DNA of 28,308 bases, from positions 1 to 28,308 of the IMG/VR virus record IMGVR_UViG_3300012952_000092. One strand, written 5' to 3'. Below, piece by piece: positions 1 through 7,232 of this stretch. Under the pieces are notes generated by a model. It was not told where the DNA came from. It did no database searches and was given only the letters and a program-made list of their open reading frames with translations. The stretch comes from a virus. Lineage: Duplodnaviria > Caudoviricetes. Made by a program: the position numbers and the translations under genes. The stretch's first letter is position 1; each line of letters starts with the position of its first letter.

Positions 1-985
1 GTAATGAGTTAGCACAAACATTTAAGAAACATCCACCAGCAAAACAAACATCCTCTGTAAGATAATTTTCTTTTCTTAGTTGAGATATCCATTTAACAAT
101 AGCTTCTTCATAATGATATTGAATATAGTAAGCAATATCCTCCTTAGATAAACCTTTTAGATGATCAAATACTTCATTATATTTGTGGAAGTTAATCCAT
201 GAAGGACCATAATCATACTTGTCAATCTCCATTGTCTTTAATGGAAACTCCTCAGAGAATGTGTATGGTGGATTTCTATCACATGGTTTACCATATGCAG
301 ATAGTCCCATAACCTTACCCTCTGCACTAAAGGTTACTACATCCTCATAGTCTTGTTTATTTTTATAGTGATACCTATCACCTTCTTCTTTAACTGCTTT
401 AGCCATGTTATATGTCATGACTGCCATGTTCATATAATAATCACCAAAAGAATTTTCACCTGATCCAGACTTCATAGTTTGGTTTGTGAATATTCTTTTA
501 TCTTTATCAAAATATCCTATACTATTATTTTCATATCCCTTAGTCATTCCTGCTGCAAAATCCCATTGGGCAGCACCCATACCATCTAATGTCAAATAAC
601 TTCCAGAGTTAAATGGTGAGGTATAAACAGAAGATGCAGCATGGCACATATGATGACTAACATACCATAACTTTGCATTTGGAAATTGATTTTTAATAAA
701 TCTAGCAACTGTTGCATCAGCAGTATGTTTATTGCATAGATGAACTGCACTAGGAACATACACTACAATATCAATATCTTCTTTAGGAACATCTCCTAGT
801 ACATAATCAATTGATCTATATGGCCATGTACCATCATATTTTATTCTACTTAATCTTGCCTCATCAATACTACAAATGTGTTTACCGTTGTCAAAGAAAG
901 TTGCTCCAGAATCATGGATCCTAGAGAACTCATTTACATTGTTACCTTCCCAAGTAACAGAACTATGCAGACCCAGTATTTTCAT
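1..985 (-). CDS. Carbamoyltransferase, NodU/CmcH family (5' part; runs off the left edge)
   Basis: Not in the ORF track. Manual translation from ATG at 985 gives MKILGLHSS...IHDSGATFFDNGKHICSIDEARLSRIKYDG...; near the window edge it reads VCFAGGCFLNVCANSL. These match the HDxxA, ExRxxRxK and AGGxxLNxxAN motifs of NodU-family enzymes. Confidence 0.88.
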   Translation of the reverse strand, partial: MKILGLHSSVTWEGNNVNEFSRIHDSGATFFDNGKHICSIDEARLSRIKYDGTWPYRSIDYVLGDVPKEDIDIVVYVPSAVHLCNKHTADATVARFIKNQFPNAKLWYVSHHMCHAASSVYTSPFNSGSYLTLDGMGAAQWDFAAGMTKGYENNSIGYFDKDKRIFTNQTMKSGSGENSFGDYYMNMAVMTYNMAKAVKEEGDRYHYKNKQDYEDVVTFSAEGKVMGLSAYGKPCDRNPPYTFSEEFPLKTMEIDKYDYGPSWINFHKYNEVFDHLKGLSKEDIAYYIQYHYEEAIVKWISQLRKENYLTEDVCFAGGCFLNVCANSL

Positions 986-1805
986 AATTAAAAACTAAAA
1001 GTTCTTTGCGATCTTGTTGATCACTCATGTAGTCTCCAACGGATCTCATAGTATATGTATGATCAAATTCGGAGACATTCCAATCTTTAAATCTATCCTT
1101 AATAAGTTGACTACTATTATAAGAAATTAATTGACTAGCAGCATGTTGATCACATGTTTGTGCAAACTCTTGATGATCAAAATACTTGTGCATAGAACCC
1201 TTCTTACCATAAAGATTATCACTAATCTCGTAAGGAGGATCTAGGTACATGAATACATCTCTAGAATTACTATAGAGTTCTCTATAGTCAAGTTTTGTAA
1301 TCTTCCAGTTCTCTATCAACTTAGAATATTCTGCTAACTTTTCAATTCCACGGTAGGAGAAGTTTGAGTTGGAAGCTTGGGGAGAGAAGGATGAACCCTC
1401 TGTAAGACCACTAAAGGAACACTTATTAAGAACATAAAAAATAACGGCACGATAGAAATCGGATTTTGTTTCATCGTTAATTTCCTCCTTAGATTGCTTG
1501 AATAGTTCTCTAGCAGAGTCAGGGTCAGGATGTTTATCTTTCAAAGACTTAACTTCATCCTGTAGTTCTTGACCAGAATGTTGCAACTGTTGCCAGAAGT
1601 TTGTTAACGGTTTATATAAATCGTTTACCCAAATATCTAGGTCAGGATTTAACTTACTAACAAACAATGCTACGGAACCACCACCTAAGAATGGTTCACG
1701 ATACTCTTTGTATTGTCTAAAGTCAGGAAAACTAGTAGAAATTTTCGTACAAGCACGAGACTTTCCACCAGGATATCTAAGGGGTGTTTTAAGTGTCTTG
1801 CTCAT
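963..1805 (-). CDS. dam: DNA adenine methyltransferase (Dam/D12 class)
   Basis: LRYPGGKS, EPFLGGGSV, VNDL and YLDPPY motifs. Start moved to MSKTLKT (1805). Confidence 0.93.
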   Translation of the reverse strand: MSKTLKTPLRYPGGKSRACTKISTSFPDFRQYKEYREPFLGGGSVALFVSKLNPDLDIWVNDLYKPLTNFWQQLQHSGQELQDEVKSLKDKHPDPDSARELFKQSKEEINDETKSDFYRAVIFYVLNKCSFSGLTEGSSFSPQASNSNFSYRGIEKLAEYSKLIENWKITKLDYRELYSNSRDVFMYLDPPYEISDNLYGKKGSMHKYFDHQEFAQTCDQHAASQLISYNSSQLIKDRFKDWNVSEFDHTYTMRSVGDYMSDQQDRKELLVFNYENTGSA

Positions 1806-1995
1806 GTTCTTCAATAATAGATTCAAGTTTTTCTAAATGCTCAGAAACATCAATAAGATTATCGATGCTTGCTAAGTAATCAGCAATGTGCTTACTAATG
1901 TAAGGTTTCTCACTCCTTGCAGCAAATGCTAACGCATTACGCAAATTTGACTGTGCCTCTCTTAGAGAGTCTTCAACTTGTTTTGATAGGCTCAT
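1789..1995 (-). CDS. Small hypothetical helical protein (68 aa)
   Basis: ATGA overlap with the g44 stop; fills the gap to dam. Confidence 0.75.
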   Translation of the reverse strand: MSLSKQVEDSLREAQSNLRNALAFAARSEKPYISKHIADYLASIDNLIDVSEHLEKLESIIEEHEQDT

Positions 1996-2936
1996 TTGAA
2001 TTCACACTCCACCATGATTTCGGTTAATGCTGCTAGAAGATTTATCTCTTGATCAGCAACAAATGCTATTTGATATTGATACTTAGCAATTATAAGAACA
2101 GATGCAGCAATAGAAGGACCATCAAGACTTGAATATAAAGCATCGTAGAGACGACGAAGAAGGACAGCAGGATCATTGTCCATATTAGATACCACCCACT
2201 TTCTGACGGCAGGGAAATCTTTTTTCTTAAGCGTCTTAATAAGATCTTCAATTTTAACATCAGAAAACTCTGCTAGAATTGCACTGTCAATTTTACCGCC
2301 AACACTATATCTTTGCAACTCATTAAGAACCCTCCTCCAATCAGGAAAATGTTTGTTAATAAGTTCTGCTAAAACTTTCTTATCTACTTCTACATTTTCT
2401 CTATCTAAAATCTCTACAAGTCTATTAAAAAAACCTACTGCAACTTCTTGTTTATCTCTACCCTTAATACCAAACTCAACCACAGCACATCTCGAATGGA
2501 GGGGTTCAATGATTTTATTTTTGTAGTTGCATGTGAAAATGAATCTGCAGTTTTTTTGGAACTCCTCAATACTCGCTCTGAGAAGGAGTTGTACATCGGG
2601 AGTGGTATTGTCTGCCTCATCGATGATGATGACTTTATGTTTCGACTCACTCGTGAGAGATACCGTAGACGCAAAGTTCTTGGCATTATTCCTAACAGTG
2701 TCGAGAAACCTGCCTTCATCAGATCCGTTAATGACATAAGAATCTACTCCCAATTGCTTGCACAGTGCCTTAGCAACTGTAGTCTTTCCACATCCAGCAG
2801 GACCAGAGAGAAGCAAGTTTGGCACTTCTCCTTTATTTAGAAATTCTCTAAAGGTTTTCTTAATACTCTCAGGGAGAATACATTCATCAATTGTTTGGGG
2901 TCTGTATTTTTCAACCCATAAAAAATCATTGTTCAC
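1992..2936 (-). CDS. g44: Clamp loader large subunit gp44 (RFC-like AAA+)
   Basis: LWVEKYRP, Walker A GPAGCGKT, Walker B IIIDEAD, LHSRC; GTG start; downstream of g45. Confidence 0.96.
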   Translation of the reverse strand: MNNDFLWVEKYRPQTIDECILPESIKKTFREFLNKGEVPNLLLSGPAGCGKTTVAKALCKQLGVDSYVINGSDEGRFLDTVRNNAKNFASTVSLTSESKHKVIIIDEADNTTPDVQLLLRASIEEFQKNCRFIFTCNYKNKIIEPLHSRCAVVEFGIKGRDKQEVAVGFFNRLVEILDRENVEVDKKVLAELINKHFPDWRRVLNELQRYSVGGKIDSAILAEFSDVKIEDLIKTLKKKDFPAVRKWVVSNMDNDPAVLLRRLYDALYSSLDGPSIAASVLIIAKYQYQIAFVADQEINLLAALTEIMVECEFK

Positions 2937-3016
2937 TTTTTAATAAGTCCCAATTTGTAAATTAGATATAGAGACAATATTGTCCAAAATAGTATTTCTA
3001 AAGCAGGGTTAGTCAT
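2933..3016 (-). CDS. 27-aa single-TM microprotein MTNPALEILFWTILSLYLIYKLGLIKK
   Basis: Below the ORF-track cutoff. ATGA overlap with the upstream stop and GTGA overlap with the g44 start; hydrophobic core with a basic tail. Confidence 0.7.
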   Translation of the reverse strand: MTNPALEILFWTILSLYLIYKLGLIKK

Positions 3017-3549
3017 TTGATCCAAGAGGGTTTTCTGGATGGGTCACGAAGATAATTAGATGCAACCCAAGGTTTGCTGCTAATGTAATTCTTGTAAGCA
3101 GTAAAAGTGTCAATGCTTGTGTCATGTTTATAGACATCTGGCATGGCACGAGTAAAGTGTTCAACCATACTATAACATACTATTACATCATTTGTCATCT
3201 TATGAAATGTTTTCTTTGCTTCAAACAAAGCATTGGCACAACCATGAACTTTATTATAGCGATGAGTATATTCATCAACTAAAGCACATCCATGTTGAAT
3301 CAACCATGCTGTATTGTATTTGCTATCTGCTGCCCATTGAGTACAAGGATGATTACGGAAAGCACCCTTAGAGGTCTTGTATGCTGTGCCGTCTTTCTTC
3401 TTAACTAAATCATCACCCCAGTCATAATACCAGTGTGAGAAGACGATAGAGAGCATTTGACATGTCTCTAAAGGCATTTTTACTATATGTTTGTCAGGTA
3501 ATGATTTTGCTGATACCTGTGGATCAGGATTTGTCACAAAGATGTTCAT
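3013..3549 (-). CDS. Pyrimidine-dimer DNA glycosylase/DenV-like family protein
   Basis: MNIF..P...A..LPDKHIVKMPLETCQML and NHPCTQWA motifs typical of this phage family. Confidence 0.65.
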   Translation of the reverse strand: MNIFVTNPDPQVSAKSLPDKHIVKMPLETCQMLSIVFSHWYYDWGDDLVKKKDGTAYKTSKGAFRNHPCTQWAADSKYNTAWLIQHGCALVDEYTHRYNKVHGCANALFEAKKTFHKMTNDVIVCYSMVEHFTRAMPDVYKHDTSIDTFTAYKNYISSKPWVASNYLRDPSRKPSWIK

Positions 3550-3736
3550 AATCAATAGAAGAAGGGGTGTCGTTCCAATGACGAATCACCCCTGCTGTAA
3601 TAAAACAATTAGTAGTAAGATAAGTAAGGAAGATGAAAGATCGTACAATGAGTACAATATTATCATACCTTTTGGTTTGAGAGTCAGAGAATGAACCCAA
3701 CGCATACTTCCATACCTTCCATGCTTCACTCATCAT
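3524..3736 (-). CDS. Small hypothetical membrane protein (about 70 aa)
   Basis: WKVWKYALGSFSD followed by a hydrophobic segment; overlaps both neighbours. Confidence 0.65.
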   Translation of the reverse strand: MMSEAWKVWKYALGSFSDSQTKRYDNIVLIVRSFIFLTYLTTNCFITAGVIRHWNDTPSSIDYEHLCDKS

Positions 3737-4397
3737 ACACTGAATCTGGTTCTAGTGCAATAAAGTAATCAAGATTGTATTGACTGTTGGTAAACTTAGA
3801 TAATAGTTTCTTTGAAATCTGGACATCATATGAACCAGGAATCAATTTAATGTTTTCTATCTTGAAATTAAATTCAAATACGCTGTCAGTATCACCAACA
3901 ACAAGAGAAAATTCATTTGAGTTATCGTTCTTACGATCTGATACGACCATCTTAATTTCTTTACCATTACCAACTGCTGCTAGATCTGGCAATTGATATA
4001 CAGATGATGCCTTGAGTAGTTTACCTAACTGTGCACTATCAAGTGCAAATGTTACATCACTTGATGGTAATGTAATTGGTTTTTCTGGTGGAGTAATAAT
4101 AACATCAGGATCTGCAAAAGCAAACTTAACCTTAGTTGACTTACCCTCACGAATGATCATGTATGTTTCATTCTTAAGATCCAGATCAGGATCCTTCATA
4201 AGATTAACACCATTAAGAAACTGAGGAAGATCATAGATCCCAAAGTCCCTTTCAAAGTTTTCATCCACATCTGCTTCAGCAAGAATGTTCTTCATCACAC
4301 TGATAGTGCGAAGTTTAGAACCTCTTTTCACCAGAATGGATTGATTGATTGAGGAGAAGTTCTCCAGCAAATTAATTGTTTTTTCAGAAAGTTTCAT
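3726..4397 (-). CDS. g45: Sliding clamp gp45
   Basis: MKLSEKTINLLENFSSINQSI, FGIYDLPQFL and C-terminal YFIALEPDS; upstream of g44. Confidence 0.95.
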   Translation of the reverse strand: MKLSEKTINLLENFSSINQSILVKRGSKLRTISVMKNILAEADVDENFERDFGIYDLPQFLNGVNLMKDPDLDLKNETYMIIREGKSTKVKFAFADPDVIITPPEKPITLPSSDVTFALDSAQLGKLLKASSVYQLPDLAAVGNGKEIKMVVSDRKNDNSNEFSLVVGDTDSVFEFNFKIENIKLIPGSYDVQISKKLLSKFTNSQYNLDYFIALEPDSVYDE

Positions 4398-4851
4398 ATC
4401 CATTGGTAGTGTCCTTGGTGTCTAATCCTTCAAAGTGGTATAGAAGTACAGCATAGTGTATAATCTTCTCAATGTCAAGCCTTGCTGTGCCTTTTTTGTC
4501 ATATCTTGATGCATACTTAAGTATGTTACTACGACAAAAAGCAGCAGCATCGCCAACTGCATCAATAAGATCTAATGTCTGTACACTGTTGTTAGCATAA
4601 TGAGAACTATATGTTCTTCCAATATACTCTTTAATTGTTTCTAGAATTTTATCCTCATTGTACTTGTAATGTACATTGCGTTTGTTCAACTCTGCTGGAC
4701 AATTACTATCATCAATAGTAATTTCAACTTCACCGCTAAGTTGATCAATCCATCCACCTTTAGTGTGTGTTCCAACTCCTGTCATAATAGGGTAATCCTC
4801 ATCAAATGTTCCATCTAAAATAGATGCTGCTAGTGACCATGCATTTACCAT
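4384..4851 (-). CDS. DUF3310-like conserved phage protein
   Basis: SHY...QTLDLI...FCRSNILKYASRYDKKG...DIEKIIHY signature. Start uncertain (4851 or 4785). Confidence 0.7.
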   Translation of the reverse strand: MVNAWSLAASILDGTFDEDYPIMTGVGTHTKGGWIDQLSGEVEITIDDSNCPAELNKRNVHYKYNEDKILETIKEYIGRTYSSHYANNSVQTLDLIDAVGDAAAFCRSNILKYASRYDKKGTARLDIEKIIHYAVLLYHFEGLDTKDTTNGYETF

Positions 4852-4858
4852 TATATCA
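4850..4858 (-). promoter_or_regulatory. Possible extended -10 promoter (TGaTATAAT)
   Basis: TATAAT at 4855-4850 preceded by TGn; no good -35; overlaps the ATG at 4851. Confidence 0.35.
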
Positions 4859-5488
4859 TCCTTTTTGAATATTGTGTACATTGAAACTCATAGTGATCCT
4901 CTCTACATCGCTAGTAAACGGATAGACAGTATGTCTAAGAGTTGCTGGAAACAAATAAAGTTCACCTGTTTTTGGAACAACTTTAAATGATCCAGAGTAT
5001 TCAAAACCATCTTCACCATGAATAAATTCCAATTGACCAGAACAGGGCATATTAGTTTTAACAGTATTCTTTGCTTCTTCCCGAATGACTTCGGGTATAT
5101 CAATAAAGATTACTGAACTTAATTGTCCACTGTGATTGTGGATAGGATTAAACTCATTTCTACGCTGAAAATTAATCCAAGGACCACTACCTAGATCAAA
5201 TGCAATGTGATGGAATAGTGGTGGTGAAACAATATCAGTAAGGTTTGACATTTTTGTTTTATGTTCATGAGATTTTTCCATGTAATCATGAACATGTGGA
5301 TAGACAAATTTTACAAATGCCTGACCATCTATTTTTAACTGTAATTGTTCATCAATATTTCCTGCTAATGAGTCTCCTACATTAACAGGATTAATTCTAG
5401 AGTCATCTGCTGCATCCAGTAAAAATTGATGAAACTCCCCTGATATATTTTCTTTATATACCAGAGGAGAAAAAGGTTGTAGAATCAT
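4856..5488 (-). CDS. Putative 2OG-Fe(II) oxygenase
   Basis: WIN...NPIHNH...LSSVIFI...GQLEF...LFPATLRHTVYP...RITMSFN double-stranded beta-helix motifs. Confidence 0.8.
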   Translation of the reverse strand: MILQPFSPLVYKENISGEFHQFLLDAADDSRINPVNVGDSLAGNIDEQLQLKIDGQAFVKFVYPHVHDYMEKSHEHKTKMSNLTDIVSPPLFHHIAFDLGSGPWINFQRRNEFNPIHNHSGQLSSVIFIDIPEVIREEAKNTVKTNMPCSGQLEFIHGEDGFEYSGSFKVVPKTGELYLFPATLRHTVYPFTSDVERITMSFNVHNIQKG

Positions 5489-6585
5489 TCTTCTTCAGAT
5501 GCATTGATGTCAACATCAGCATCTACTTTATCATATAATTCCAAGAATGATTGTTTTGTTTCATCATCGAAACGATTCAAACATACTTTGATTGATTTTA
5601 GTTTGTCATTCCAGATACTATAAGCACGAATGATATGTACTAGACGACGAGTTGAGATAACCTCATCTATACCACCATCGTAGAATGTCTTACGAATGAT
5701 GTCTGCCCAGTCTGTAAGTTTCTTACAGAACTCACTATCTTTTACTCCTAAGTTATTAGCAATACCTAGAAGGATTTTATTCTCTGTAGCAGAGTGTGGA
5801 TACTCTTGCTCAAAGGTTACAGGGAATCTCTCAAGGAATGCTTCATTAAGAACATTAGTTCCTATGAATTTACCATCATCAGATCCTTTACCTTTAGTAT
5901 TTGCAGTTGCAATAACATTGAATCCTGTAGCAGGTTGAACAAACTTACCAGTCTTCTTAAGGAAGATACCTTTACCTTCAAGGACTGGTTGTAGACACAA
6001 TATTTTATTTGATGCTAGGTCAATCTCATCTAGAAGGAGGATAGCTCCCCTCTCCAAAGCTTCGATAACGGGACCATTGTGCCAAACAGTGTTACCATCA
6101 ACAAGACGGAACCCACCAATAAGATCATCTTCGTCTGTTTCAATTGTAATATTAACTCTAATTAACTCCCTATTTAGTTGTGCACATGCCTGTTCAACAG
6201 AGAATGTTTTACCGTTACCTGACAATCCAGTAACAAAAGATGGATAGAATTGCTTTGATTGAATTACTTTTTTTATGTCAGTAAAGTTACCAAACTTGAC
6301 AAATGTATTATCTTTTTCAGGTACAAGATTCTGTTTAACAGGAGCAGTTGAAGTGATCTGTTTCTCGAATGATTTTCTTGCTTCAGCAACAGTCAAATCC
6401 CATTTACCTAATCCAGTCTTGTAAGATTTGATGTGCTTAGTGAGTGTTCTGTAATTGCGATTGTTCTTAGCACAATATACTTTGACATTATCTGATGTAA
6501 TCTTGTTACCAAAAGATGATCTTAGACCGTCAACTAGTTCTGCAGTCACATAACGAGGTTGAGATTTTTTTTGAATTTTTGCCAT
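5485..6585 (-). CDS. cobS: CobS-like (MoxR/CbbQ-type) AAA+ ATPase
   Basis: Walker A GLSGNGKT, Walker B LLLDEID, ATANTKG, NEAFLERF, STRRL. Confidence 0.9.
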   Translation of the reverse strand: MAKIQKKSQPRYVTAELVDGLRSSFGNKITSDNVKVYCAKNNRNYRTLTKHIKSYKTGLGKWDLTVAEARKSFEKQITSTAPVKQNLVPEKDNTFVKFGNFTDIKKVIQSKQFYPSFVTGLSGNGKTFSVEQACAQLNRELIRVNITIETDEDDLIGGFRLVDGNTVWHNGPVIEALERGAILLLDEIDLASNKILCLQPVLEGKGIFLKKTGKFVQPATGFNVIATANTKGKGSDDGKFIGTNVLNEAFLERFPVTFEQEYPHSATENKILLGIANNLGVKDSEFCKKLTDWADIIRKTFYDGGIDEVISTRRLVHIIRAYSIWNDKLKSIKVCLNRFDDETKQSFLELYDKVDADVDINASEEE

Positions 6586-6596
6586 TTGTAATGTCT

Positions 6597-6667
6597 GTTG
6601 TGTATATAGACATTATAATAGAATACAATGCCTATATCCACTACTAGTGGACACTTATTTAAGTGTC
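6597..6667 (-). promoter_or_regulatory. Palindrome-bearing promoter of cobS
   Basis: GACACTT-N4-AAGTGTC (6650-6667), 32-nt gap, TATAAT (6617-6612), then GTCTATATACACAAC. Same layout as at 9447-9517. Confidence 0.75.
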
Positions 6668-7179
6668 ATAGTGATCGATTGAACTCCAGCATTTTTCAAC
6701 TGAGCGATCACATTTTCTAGTCCATCATTCTGTTGTGGGAATGATGTATCTAGAGATTCTGAGATAGGATCTACAGACTTAACAGCAGCAAAAGATAACT
6801 GCTGTTCAACAGCAGAGTTCTTTGCATGACGACCAGGAAGATAACTGGTTGCCTTCTGTTTGTTTATGATACTAGGAAATGTTTTTCCAAATATTCCATT
6901 TCTAAGTCTATCAGGTCGTTGTCCTGCAGCACGACTCATAAGAGTACGCATGTAGTCACGAGGAGATGTCTTAAAGTTATTATGTTTAAGAACATCTAAT
7001 AGGTGTAGGTTTTGTTCGCAAAATTTGTCGAGACCATACATCTGTCTCCATTGAGTAAGAGGTAACTGAGTTTCTCCAGCTTTTGCATTCTCACGGATTT
7101 CAGCAGTATTGGAACTCGCCCATCTTGCATATGTTTCAAGGGTGTCTATAACCCATGTCAGTCTTTGAAGGGTGTTCAT
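6655..7179 (-). CDS. Orphan hypothetical protein (about 174 aa) between cobT and cobS
   Basis: Long ORF with its own consensus promoter; no family recognised. Start is ATG 7179 or TTG 7185. Confidence 0.75.
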   Translation of the reverse strand: MNTLQRLTWVIDTLETYARWASSNTAEIRENAKAGETQLPLTQWRQMYGLDKFCEQNLHLLDVLKHNNFKTSPRDYMRTLMSRAAGQRPDRLRNGIFGKTFPSIINKQKATSYLPGRHAKNSAVEQQLSFAAVKSVDPISESLDTSFPQQNDGLENVIAQLKNAGVQSITMTLK

Positions 7180-7186
7180 CTCCAAT

Positions 7187-7232
7187 TGTGAAAGAGTACT
7201 ATTATTATATAGTACTCACTTTCACATGTCAA
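7187..7232 (-). promoter_or_regulatory. Perfect sigma70 promoter TTGACA-N17-TATAAT overlaid by a long inverted repeat
   Basis: -35 at 7232-7227 and -10 at 7209-7204. Arms are TGTGAAAGAGTACTAT (7187-7202) and ATAGTACTCACTTTCACA (7209-7226). Confidence 0.85.

Noticed and set aside
7187-7226. CRP, cyanobacterial LexA or NtcA site in the orphan promoter
   Set aside because: TGTGA...TCACA is spaced 30 nt rather than 6, AGTAC...GTACT is spaced 12 nt rather than about 4, and there is no GTA-N8-TAC.
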